Source: Candidatus Enterousia sp. (GTDB lineage Bacteria > Pseudomonadota > Alphaproteobacteria > Rs-D84). From it: a stretch of 64,000 bases of DNA. Positions 36,066 to 44,528 of this stretch are shown piece after piece. The notes beneath the pieces were generated by a model. The model was not told the DNA's origin. It saw only the letters and a list, made by a program, of their open reading frames with translations, and did no database searches. Positions within the stretch are counted from its first letter, which is position 1. Each line of letters opens with the position of its first letter. The DNA is taken from positions 4,201 to 68,200 of the forward strand of contig JAZLHA010000013.1 of NCBI GenBank assembly GCA_045616625.1, given 5' to 3'. The translations under genes and the position numbers were made by a program.

Positions 36066-36220
36066 CTGGAGGTTAGTTACTATACGAAGAATAGTGTGGC
36101 TTATTTAGCAAATGCCTTATTCACCGACCCTCCAACCATAAGGCTGCAGGGCTATTAACGTCAGCGCTGACGCTTCGTAAGAGGTAACTACACCTCAATA
36201 TCGGAATTCCCGATATCAGT
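36066..36220 (-). ncRNA. Candidate structured RNA / riboswitch-like 5' leader (unclassified)
   Basis: Nested helices were read by eye: 36069-36080/36184-36196 (12 bp, 1 bulge), 36083-36089/36173-36179, 36090-36094/36152-36156, hairpin 36114-36120/36138-36144 (17-nt loop), hairpin 36159-36172 and hairpin 36198-36216. A hand count gives about 74 G+C in 160 nt, in an AT-rich context. Confidence 0.5.
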
Positions 36221-36224
36221 GATT

Positions 36225-36253
36225 ATTTTACAATAAAATGGGTATTTTTTCAA
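36225..36253 (-). promoter_or_regulatory. Sigma-70-like promoter reading into the structured leader
   Basis: On the minus strand: TTGAAA (36253-36248), a 17-nt spacer, then TAAAAT (36230-36225). Confidence 0.5.
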
Positions 36254-36518
36254 GTTTATAAAACAGCGATAAACACAAGTGGAACAATCCCCCATGCTGC
36301 CCTATATTTTATAGTTTTCATAACCAAAAATCAAACATTTATACATAAAAAAGTATGCATATTTAGTTTGTTTTATGGCATATTAATAATTGGAATTAGG
36401 GGGATTTTTATAACAGGTGCGGTATCCCCCATCTATATTATAAAATTCCAACCAAATCCAAATTTTAAATAACGTCCGTAGTGTTGAATAACTTAGTAAA
36501 AAGCTGAAGGAGTAAAAA

Positions 36519-37814
36519 ATGGACATTGAAAACATAAACCCAAAATATATTAAACCGTATGCAAAAAATACCCGCATACATAAAGATAAACACATACAAC
36601 AGATAATAAATTCTATACGTGAATTTAGTTTTACCAATCCGTTGTTGATTGATGAAAATAATATTTTGTTGGCTGGTCATGGGCGACTGCTGGCGGCCAA
36701 TAAATTAGGTATGGAAAGTGTGCCTTGTGTTCGTATAACGCATTTAACTGATGCACAAAAACGGGCATACCGTATTGCAGATAATAAATTGACGATAAAT
36801 GGTGATTGGGATCAAGATTTACTTAGTTTAGAATTTAAAGATTTAGCAGAATTGGGTGTAGATTTTGATTTAGATGTTACAGGATTTGACTTGGCAGATA
36901 TAGATGTGTTGATTCAATCACAGAATGACGAATTATTAGAACATGATAGCGCCGATGATATGCCAGACATCCCTGAGGGTAAAATAGTATCCCGTGATGG
37001 CGACTTGTGGCAGTTAGGGGATCATATTATATTATGTGGTAATGCACTGATAGAAGACAATTTTAAGAAACTTATGGCAGAAAATCGAGCAAGGATGGTT
37101 TTTACTGATCCACCATATAATGTACATATTGATGGACATGTTTGTGGCAGTGGGAATATTCACCATGATGAATTTGCAATGGCATCTGGTGAAATGACCA
37201 GACAAGAGTTCAAAGATTTTTTACGGACTGCATTTACCTTGTTGCGTAATTATTCTGTCGAAGGTTCTTTGCATTATTTATGTATGGATTGGCGACATAT
37301 AATAGAAATTACCACTGCTTGTGACGAAACCTATACAGAGATGAAAAATTTGTGCGTTTGGAATAAGTCATCTGGTGGTATGGGGTCGCTATACCGGTCA
37401 AAGCATGAACTGATATTTATATATAAACATGGCACTGCGCCGCACATTAATAATATTGAATTAGGGGTACATGGACGTAATCGAACAAATGTTTGGGATT
37501 ACCCTGGTGTAAACACTGGTAATCGCGAAGAATTGCTTTTACATCCGACCGTAAAAAACGTTCAAATGGTTGCTGATGCAATAATGGATGTGACTAATCG
37601 TGGTGACATTGTTTTAGATTCATTTTTAGGATCTGGAACAACTTTATTGGCATGTGAAAGGACTGGACGCATATGTCGAGGAATTGAGATTGAACCCAAG
37701 TATATAAACACAACAATTCGCCGTTGGCAAAAAGTCACTGGCAAGGATGCAGTACTTGTGCAATCTGGTAAAACTTTTAATGAAATATACAAATTAAATC
37801 AAGAGGTGGCGTAA
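36519..37814 (+). CDS. ParB-like nuclease domain fused to a DNA methyltransferase (phage/plasmid type)
   Basis: The N-terminus has IKPYAKNTRIHKDKHIQQIINSIREFSFTNPLLID...LAGHGRLLAA (ParB/Srx fold). The MTase motifs are FTDPPYN and HPTVKNVQMVADAI...LDSFLGSGTT. Confidence 0.8.
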   Translation: MDIENINPKYIKPYAKNTRIHKDKHIQQIINSIREFSFTNPLLIDENNILLAGHGRLLAANKLGMESVPCVRITHLTDAQKRAYRIADNKLTINGDWDQDLLSLEFKDLAELGVDFDLDVTGFDLADIDVLIQSQNDELLEHDSADDMPDIPEGKIVSRDGDLWQLGDHIILCGNALIEDNFKKLMAENRARMVFTDPPYNVHIDGHVCGSGNIHHDEFAMASGEMTRQEFKDFLRTAFTLLRNYSVEGSLHYLCMDWRHIIEITTACDETYTEMKNLCVWNKSSGGMGSLYRSKHELIFIYKHGTAPHINNIELGVHGRNRTNVWDYPGVNTGNREELLLHPTVKNVQMVADAIMDVTNRGDIVLDSFLGSGTTLLACERTGRICRGIEIEPKYINTTIRRWQKVTGKDAVLVQSGKTFNEIYKLNQEVA

Positions 37815-38800
37815 TGAATGTGGCAGAGGTTAAAGAATATAAAGTTGGTAAGGGCAATCCCCCAAAAGAATACCAATTTAAACCTGGGCAATCTGGTAAT
37901 CCTGGTGGTAAGCGAAGGAAACCCAAACAACAATCAACATTTATTGATGATTTTATTAAAGAATTAAATACGATAATTGTGACCAAAGATGGTAAAAGAA
38001 TGACCAAGAGTCAGGCTATGGCAAAATCTATGATACATGATGGTATAGGTAAAAACGCTAGTGCACGTAGGGATGTGATAAAAATAGTAACATATAATAA
38101 CGCCCGGAATGCTAATTCCACAAAATTATGGGATCGTTTGCTGGACTCGGGGATTCTTACCGAGGAAAAAGCCATCGAATTTGCTAACCATCGTGGAAAG
38201 TTTCAGCCAAATATGCACATTCTGTCTATTCAGCAGATAGACCGTGTAAGAACACTTGAAGCGATGGATATGTTGGATAACATTGCACACATTTATTCAC
38301 TAGTTGATATACATGAAATGGCTAAAAATATTTTACAGACAGTAATTTGTGAAAAATCTTTTTGGGATTCTATTGAAGAGGTGTGGCAAGTTCGTAATAT
38401 CGGTGCCGATGAAACAGAAGTCGAACGTTCACTGTTCCAAGCAACCCGTGTATATCCATGCCCTACAGAATTGATATGCAATACTGCATTTGAACTTTGT
38501 GCATGGGCTAAATACGAACTGGTTGAATGGTTTATAGAATTAAGGGATTATTGCAGTAGTTTACCAGATTTTAGATATTTAGGCGCAGATAGGGCGAAAT
38601 GGGTTAAGCAGTTGCTTGTGGAAGCCAAATGGGATTCACATGTTAATGAAAAAGCATTATCTGGGTTCCTGGATATGCTACACAAAGATAGTAATGATTT
38701 TAAAAAGGTTACTGCCCCAGAAAAGATTCAAACCCCGCACCTAACCAGATGCAATGTTAATGCGTTGTTTGATTGGTATAAAATTCCAGATACACATTAA
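37814..38800 (+). CDS. Phage-associated hypothetical protein (DUF5681-like N-terminus)
   Basis: GKGNPPKEYQFKPGQSGNPGGKRRKPK is the motif I associate with DUF5681. The start overlaps the methylase stop. Confidence 0.5.
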   Translation: MNVAEVKEYKVGKGNPPKEYQFKPGQSGNPGGKRRKPKQQSTFIDDFIKELNTIIVTKDGKRMTKSQAMAKSMIHDGIGKNASARRDVIKIVTYNNARNANSTKLWDRLLDSGILTEEKAIEFANHRGKFQPNMHILSIQQIDRVRTLEAMDMLDNIAHIYSLVDIHEMAKNILQTVICEKSFWDSIEEVWQVRNIGADETEVERSLFQATRVYPCPTELICNTAFELCAWAKYELVEWFIELRDYCSSLPDFRYLGADRAKWVKQLLVEAKWDSHVNEKALSGFLDMLHKDSNDFKKVTAPEKIQTPHLTRCNVNALFDWYKIPDTH

Positions 38801-38850
38801 GACGCCATGTGTTATATAACAGAAATGGGCGGTAAGCCCATTTTTATATT

Positions 38851-38992
38851 AAATACCCTGAAAGTATAACGTTTTTCCCTGAAAGTTTCCCTGAAGATAT
38901 TTTTAGAAAATGGCTGTAAGGTTTATAAATCTGGCACTTTTCCCAATTATAATGATGAAAATCATGCGATTTTCCCTGAAACTGAGGGAAAA
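38851..38992 (+). repeat. Cluster of four direct (T)TTCCCTGAA(A/G) repeats (iteron/operator-like)
   Basis: ccctgaa(a/g) occurs at 38856, 38877, 38889 and 38974. The last copy is part of the inverted repeat ttttccct-gaaactg-agggaaaa. Confidence 0.7.
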
Positions 38993-39052
38993 ACAATGTA
39001 GTTTACTGTATGCGGAACACCGTCATTTGGTTAAACTCCGCCACAAAAATCA

Positions 39053-39078
39053 AACCGACAGATGTCGGTTTTATTTTT
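39053..39078 (+). terminator. Orphan rho-independent terminator in the 38.8-39.2 kb non-coding stretch
   Basis: aaccgac-agat-gtcggtt is followed by ttatttttg. No convincing CDS lies upstream of it. Confidence 0.55.
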
Positions 39079-39230
39079 GTTGTGTATACCATCCAGATTC
39101 GGCTGTACAACGAAAGTTGCCCAGGTTCGACAATACGTAGATTTTGCGAATATAATGTAGCATATTTCTAAAATAAATAACTAGACCAATAATTGAATAT
39201 GTAGTATACTTTACAGGTAAAGGAGCGATT

Positions 39231-39830
39231 ATGTTAAAAGCAGAATTTGAAAAAAGACATGGAAAGGTGTTTTCTAATAAAGCGGCAATAGGTGTTAGAA
39301 ATCTCGAGATTGAAGAAAAGTATAATTTATATAACGATGACCAACCTGCACCAATTTGGTATATTGTTCAAGCCATGCCAGATGAACATTTTAAAATAAT
39401 TGATTTATCAAAAATCAAAACAATTTTTGAATATGTTGGGCAAATAAAACACAAAGATTTACGTAATTATTATTTAGCCGTTTTAGAAGATAGGTTCTTT
39501 TCTAATGGTTGGGGATGGTTCTCACGTCTTGGGGAAAGTTTGGCGAGTCGTCCCCGTTGGAATTCTGTTTATGAGATGCCCGAGGCAACAAGGTTACAGG
39601 CACTAAAAGCTTTGCGTTGTTTAAAACGTGGGTTTATGAAACATCATTATGATGGAACATATGTAGATATATATCATATTAATCATTTGATACAAGAATA
39701 TGGCGGTAAAAAAGTAGATAAAAAGCAAACTGTGCAAAAGGCGACAGAAAAATTAAATGGAAAACTGACACGTAAACAAAAGAAAAAAGTGCAAGGATTC
39801 GTGAAAACAATTTTTTCTAAGAACAGATAA
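39231..39830 (+). CDS. Hypothetical protein
   Basis: 199 aa with a strong RBS (AAAGGAG) and no recognisable motif. Confidence 0.5.
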   Translation: MLKAEFEKRHGKVFSNKAAIGVRNLEIEEKYNLYNDDQPAPIWYIVQAMPDEHFKIIDLSKIKTIFEYVGQIKHKDLRNYYLAVLEDRFFSNGWGWFSRLGESLASRPRWNSVYEMPEATRLQALKALRCLKRGFMKHHYDGTYVDIYHINHLIQEYGGKKVDKKQTVQKATEKLNGKLTRKQKKKVQGFVKTIFSKNR

Positions 39831-39863
39831 TAAAAAAACGTCTGTACGATGTTTTTTATTTAT

Positions 39864-40952
39864 TTAAATCGTGTCAGATGTTGTAATTTCTACATCGGTT
39901 ATTGGTTGGGTTTTATTTTCGTCCAGGCTGTGATATTGGTATGGAATTGTTTTAAAATCAATCGCACGCATATCTATATGTCGTATATTTCTGTTATACA
40001 TTGTATGATAATATATTTGCATATTTGTTAAATCTGTTGCGATTGTCCATTGAGTCGCTGATGGCATATTGTTTGGTGCCTTGTCCACATTAAATTGAAC
40101 ACCCAATGGAACATCAAAATTATTTAAAATATGAAATGCCTGGCGAATTGATTCAGATGCTGAAGCTTGTTGTAATGAATATGTTTCAAAAAATGCGGCA
40201 CGAACAAAACGCGATGGTGGGGTAAAGTCCCCAGGCAGGCCTAAAAATCCACTGCCGGCACCAGTTGGGCGTAATTCAACATCGTGCATTGTTTTGGGGG
40301 CAACTGCCCCAGGATGTAAATTGATATAATTATTAAGGTTTGTTAAATGCCATTCGTATCCTGGTGCATTTGTTAAAACCCCCAATTTGCTTTCGTAAAA
40401 TTGTGGAATACCGTTGATAATTTCTAAAATAATTTGATTGCCGGCTCTGTCAGTAATGCGCCAATGAACGGTTTCCGCACGCGGGTCAAAATTTATTACG
40501 CGTATGTTATTTACTGCCGTCTTTACATCGTCTAAGTTATCAAATTGCGATAATAACCATGGAACCAGTTGAAAGTCTGCGATTGTGTTTTCTGTATATT
40601 CAGGGTTATAGTTTTGATATTTCCCATATTTCGGAAAATAGAATAGGGCTGCGGACAGACCTGCTTCATTTGTGCCGTCAATTATATATTCGGGTGCTAG
40701 TACTGCTAAACCAACATATCCATATTTTGCGGTGAATAACATTCCGCCATCAGCGTTGTTCGGCAATGATGAACGACTCGTATGACCACGCGGAACAACA
40801 ACATACATGTTGTCCATTTCTTCGCCAGACCAATCCATTGTGCGTGCAACAATAATTGATTTATCTTTGGATTTTAATGTTATGCCTGTACAGGCATTTG
40901 TAATGTTTGGTAATAATAAAATAGTGCTTAATAAAATATATTGTAATTTCAT
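39864..40952 (-). CDS. Choloylglycine hydrolase / penicillin V acylase family (Ntn hydrolase), secreted
   Basis: The signal peptide ends ...PNITNA|CTGITLKSKD, which exposes the nucleophile Cys as in this family. The length (362 aa) fits. Confidence 0.7.
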   Translation of the reverse strand: MKLQYILLSTILLLPNITNACTGITLKSKDKSIIVARTMDWSGEEMDNMYVVVPRGHTSRSSLPNNADGGMLFTAKYGYVGLAVLAPEYIIDGTNEAGLSAALFYFPKYGKYQNYNPEYTENTIADFQLVPWLLSQFDNLDDVKTAVNNIRVINFDPRAETVHWRITDRAGNQIILEIINGIPQFYESKLGVLTNAPGYEWHLTNLNNYINLHPGAVAPKTMHDVELRPTGAGSGFLGLPGDFTPPSRFVRAAFFETYSLQQASASESIRQAFHILNNFDVPLGVQFNVDKAPNNMPSATQWTIATDLTNMQIYYHTMYNRNIRHIDMRAIDFKTIPYQYHSLDENKTQPITDVEITTSDTI

Positions 40953-41028
40953 TTTGTTGTCCCTTTGTCGTCACCATTATTTCATACAGAAACGGTGTCG
41001 CCAATAGGAAGCATTTCAATAATATAGA

Positions 41029-42144
41029 TTATGCGACTTTGCGTAGACCTGATTTAATTTCGCGGATATATTTACGTAGATCGTCTATCGCAACTAATGA
41101 ACCATTACGTTTTTGTGCAGACCAATAATCCCAGCCATTAAAACTAACGCTGTGTTGAATACGCGCCGCCATGATATGAATAGACGCCTTGCCATATAAT
41201 GGGTGTGCCAATTGTCCATCAGATGTAATAATTGCACGTTCACCGTTTGGTGCAACCAATGTCTGACCAACATATAATAATCCAGCATCAATCAATTCAC
41301 GAAATGCGATGCGAATTTCATCACGTTTGGGTGCGGTTACTTCTATATCTGATAAATCAATAGGTTTAATGTTTTTAATACGTTTTAGTGCTGCATCAAC
41401 ATAAGATTGTTCACGTTCAAAACCGATAAATTGACGTCCTAATTCCTTGGCTGCCGCCGCTGTTGTTCCAGAACCCATAAATGGATCTAAAATAATTTCC
41501 CCGGGTTTGGTTGACGATAAAATTACACGACGTAATAAATCAAGTGGCTTTTGCGTATTATGCAGACTTTTGCCTGTTTCATCCTTGATTCTTTCGTGAC
41601 CCAAACAAATATCGATATTCCAATCAGAACGCATTTGTTTACCGCTGTTTAGTTTCTTCATCGTTTCGTAATTAAATGTGTATTTGCCAGTCTTGCGCGG
41701 GGTTGCCCATATAAGTGTTTCGTGGGCGTTTGTAAAACGTGTTCCGCGGAAATTCGGCATAGGATTTGTTTTGACCCAAACAATGTCGTTCAAAATCCAA
41801 AAACCTAAATCTTGGAGAATTGCACCAACGCGGAAAATATTATGATAAGAACCAATTACCCACAACGCACCATCTGGTTTTAAAACGCGTTTACATTCTG
41901 ATAACCATGCACGTGTAAATTCGTCATATTGTTGTGGTGATTCAAATGCATCCCATGAATCACGAACAGCACGCGCAGCGGTTTGATCCTCTGGTCTATA
42001 TAGAGTTTTTTCACCCAGTTGTAAATTGTATGGCGAATCGGCAAATACTGCATCCACAGACGCATCAGGAATACTGTGCATCAGTTCGACACAATCACCA
42101 GTTAAAATCTGATTTAAGTATTTGTCCATCTCTCTCTTGGTCAC
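41029..42144 (-). CDS. ccrM: CcrM-like beta-class N6-adenine DNA methyltransferase with a C-terminal extension
   Basis: 371 aa. Motifs: ILTGDCVELMHSIPDASVDAVFADSPYNL, HNTQKPLDLLRRVILSSTKPGEIILDPFMGSGTTAAAA. It has a ~90-aa C-terminal domain as in CcrM/M.HinfI-type enzymes. Confidence 0.75.
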   Translation of the reverse strand: MTKREMDKYLNQILTGDCVELMHSIPDASVDAVFADSPYNLQLGEKTLYRPEDQTAARAVRDSWDAFESPQQYDEFTRAWLSECKRVLKPDGALWVIGSYHNIFRVGAILQDLGFWILNDIVWVKTNPMPNFRGTRFTNAHETLIWATPRKTGKYTFNYETMKKLNSGKQMRSDWNIDICLGHERIKDETGKSLHNTQKPLDLLRRVILSSTKPGEIILDPFMGSGTTAAAAKELGRQFIGFEREQSYVDAALKRIKNIKPIDLSDIEVTAPKRDEIRIAFRELIDAGLLYVGQTLVAPNGERAIITSDGQLAHPLYGKASIHIMAARIQHSVSFNGWDYWSAQKRNGSLVAIDDLRKYIREIKSGLRKVA

Positions 42145-42296
42145 TCGCTTAAGGGTATTTTACCATATTTTGACCCTAAAAAATTTGCATTAAGGCACGA
42201 ATTTGAAAAAAAATGTCTTGATTTTTATAAAAAAACAATTTTTTTGAATATAAATTATACTTGCACGATAGGAATTTCGTTGCTACCGTTATAGGT

Positions 42297-42797
42297 ATGA
42301 GATGTCCATATTGTAATTCGTCAGATAGCAGAGTGGCAGATTCCCGCCCGGATACCGAAGATTCGGTTATCCGTCGTCGTCGCGTGTGCAATCAATGCGG
42401 TGCTAAATTTACAACTGTTGAACGCGTTCAGATGCGTGACTTGGTTGTTCATAAAAATAATGGAAAACTTGAACCGTTTGATCGTGAAAAATTGCGTCGC
42501 AGTATAAAACTCGCTTGTCGTAATCGTGATGTTGGTGATGAACAGATAGAGCGTCTGGTTGCTTCTATTCAGCGCAGATTAGAAACCGAAAGTTTGGACG
42601 ATACGGTGACGAGTGCGACTGTGGGTCAAATGGTATCTGATTCTTTGTTAAATTTGGACCCGATCGCGTTTGTTCGTTTTGTTTCTGTGTACCGTAAGTT
42701 TTCAAAAATTTCTGATTTCAAAAAAATAATAGACCAAATACCAGAGGCTGCAGATGATGCAATCGTTTGCAAATTGCCAAAGACATCGTTGTTCTGA
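42297..42797 (+). CDS. nrdR: Transcriptional repressor NrdR
   Basis: It has the MRCPYCNSSDSRVADSRP...RRRRVCNQCGAKFTTVE zinc ribbon plus an ATP-cone. The ORF-track start at 42261 (TTG) was replaced by the ATG at 42297. Confidence 0.9.
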   Translation: MRCPYCNSSDSRVADSRPDTEDSVIRRRRVCNQCGAKFTTVERVQMRDLVVHKNNGKLEPFDREKLRRSIKLACRNRDVGDEQIERLVASIQRRLETESLDDTVTSATVGQMVSDSLLNLDPIAFVRFVSVYRKFSKISDFKKIIDQIPEAADDAIVCKLPKTSLF

Positions 42798-42803
42798 TAA
42801 AAT

Positions 42804-44528
42804 ATGAAAAAGATTGTTTATATCTTTATTGCGGCTATGTTCCCTTTGGTGTCTTTTGCCAAAGTTGATATTGAAGTATTATCTGATTCTGACGCGGCTA
42901 TTTATCAACAGATATTTTTATTGCAATCCAAAGAGAAAATAGATGCTGCACAAAAATTAGAGCCACAAATTTCGGACAATATATTAAAAAATGAAATTTT
43001 ATATCAACGTTATATTTCTAAGAGTTATCATACGCGTGGCGCTGAATTAAATGCCTGGATGCAAAAGTATTATGATATGCCTGGGGCGGTGCGTATGGCA
43101 AAATTGGCGACAATAAAACAAGCCCAGGTACGCAATGCGGTTGTCCCTGCAATATTGACAGGTGGCGCATCTATTGAAACGGCACAATCCGAGACATGGA
43201 CTGAAAAGCAATATACTGGTCAGGTAAATAAAAATATTACTGCATTTAAAAAAGCGATTCGTTCAGGTAGTAGTAAAACCGCACGTTTAATTTTAGAAAA
43301 TAAAATTTTTAAAAACAGATTGTCTGAATCTGATTATGGACGTTTATCGGGGCGTTTGGCGTATTTGTATTATACAAATGGCGAATTTGAATTGGCAAAA
43401 AAATGGGGGTTTGTTTCGTCTGATGCCAAAAGTGAATATGGTTTGTGGACGATGGGTTTATTGTATTACAAAGAAGCAAAATATAAAGAAAGTGAAAAAT
43501 ATTTTAGTCAGATTTTAGATTTGAAACAGATTAATAATGCCCGTAAAACAGAGGCGGCTTTTTGGGCGGGACGTGCTGCTGATGCTAATGAAGATTCGTC
43601 TAATGCTAAAAAGTATTGGGAAATTGGGGCGAATCATCCAATGGCTTTTTATGGTGCGTTGTCAGCCACTATGTTAGGGCGAACCCCAGAATACGAATTC
43701 TTTGATCAGGAAGTGACCGAAGAAGACATTGAAGAATTAAGTAATTTAAGGTTTGGGCGAATAGCATTGGCATTATTACAGGTTGGTCAATCACAACGCG
43801 CCGAAGAATATTTTAAGTATATGATTACTTCCAAAGCGTCTGATAGAACTTTGCATGCGATAAATTCTGTATCTACGGAATATGGTTTACCACGTGTTGC
43901 TATTCAGGTTTCTGGTGTTGTAAAGGACAGGGGGATTTTGGAAATTGATGATGATATTATTTATTCTGCGCAATATCCTTTGCCTGATTGGGAACCAATG
44001 GGTGGCTGGTCTATTGATAGGGCATTGTTATTGGCAATTACAAAACAAGAAAGTGGATTTAAACCAAATGCAAAATCAAATGTTGGTGCAAACGGTTTGA
44101 TGCAGATAATGCCCAGCACCGCAAAAAAAGTTGCGCGTAAAAACAAGGTTGATTTGTCCAAGATGGATATGTCAAAACCAGAACATAATATGTTCCTGGG
44201 ACAGCAATATATTGTTGAATTGCTTGCACATCCGGATATTAACAACAATATTGTAAAAATGCTTGTGGCGTATAATTCTGGAATGGGAAATTTAGTCAAA
44301 TTTGAAAAATCATTCAATACTTATGACCCGTTGTTATATATAGAAAGTTTTCCAGCGTATGAGACAAGAAATTATATAAAACGTGTTATATCTAATTTGT
44401 GGTTGTATCGTGCGCGTATGAATCAACCGTTGACCTCTATGCAGGAATTGGCAAACGGTCAATGGCCGTTGTATAACAGCGAAGATGCCTATGTACAACA
44501 ACAGATATTAGATAGAATGTCCGTATAA
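42804..44528 (+). CDS. slt: Soluble lytic murein transglycosylase (Slt70-like)
   Basis: It has a signal peptide, a superhelical N-region and the SLT catalytic motif AITKQESGFKPNAKSNVGANGLMQIMPSTA. Confidence 0.8.
   Translation: MKKIVYIFIAAMFPLVSFAKVDIEVLSDSDAAIYQQIFLLQSKEKIDAAQKLEPQISDNILKNEILYQRYISKSYHTRGAELNAWMQKYYDMPGAVRMAKLATIKQAQVRNAVVPAILTGGASIETAQSETWTEKQYTGQVNKNITAFKKAIRSGSSKTARLILENKIFKNRLSESDYGRLSGRLAYLYYTNGEFELAKKWGFVSSDAKSEYGLWTMGLLYYKEAKYKESEKYFSQILDLKQINNARKTEAAFWAGRAADANEDSSNAKKYWEIGANHPMAFYGALSATMLGRTPEYEFFDQEVTEEDIEELSNLRFGRIALALLQVGQSQRAEEYFKYMITSKASDRTLHAINSVSTEYGLPRVAIQVSGVVKDRGILEIDDDIIYSAQYPLPDWEPMGGWSIDRALLLAITKQESGFKPNAKSNVGANGLMQIMPSTAKKVARKNKVDLSKMDMSKPEHNMFLGQQYIVELLAHPDINNNIVKMLVAYNSGMGNLVKFEKSFNTYDPLLYIESFPAYETRNYIKRVISNLWLYRARMNQPLTSMQELANGQWPLYNSEDAYVQQQILDRMSV

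Larger units (their letters stand above)
20957..39230. mobile_element. Putative integrated element / genomic island next to tRNA-Ser (right boundary uncertain, somewhere between about 38.8 and 41.0 kb)
   Basis: It begins directly after tRNA-Ser. It carries a large serine recombinase with a DUF2924 partner, three extra DNA methyltransferases, defence-type genes, a biosynthetic-looking operon and phage-like remnants. Housekeeping genes (ccrM, nrdR...) resume after 41 kb. No long att duplication was found. Confidence 0.55.

Noticed and set aside
36066-36220. Assignment of the structured leader to a known class. T-box, cobalamin, lysine, SAM, c-di-GMP, SRP RNA, RNase P, a retron msr/msd and group II intron domains were considered.
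   Set aside because: None of the signature sequences I can recall (T-box AGGGUGGNACCGCG, the B12 box, the GGAA tetraloop of SRP domain IV, and so on) is present. No reverse transcriptase is nearby. It is left unclassified.
36383-36680. Minus-strand ORFs 36383..36637 and 36465..36680 upstream of or overlapping the ParB-methylase start, considered as possible small membrane proteins.
   Set aside because: Their translations are AT-rich and Phe/Ile/Leu-biased, they have no SD, and they overlap the well-supported ParB-domain N-terminus on the other strand.
39030-39050. Possible attR duplication of the tRNA-Ser 3' end (shared string tccgcca) that would define the right end of the island.
   Set aside because: Only 7 nt match, which is within chance expectation. 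The recombinase is a serine recombinase, which does not require long att identity. The boundary is left open.
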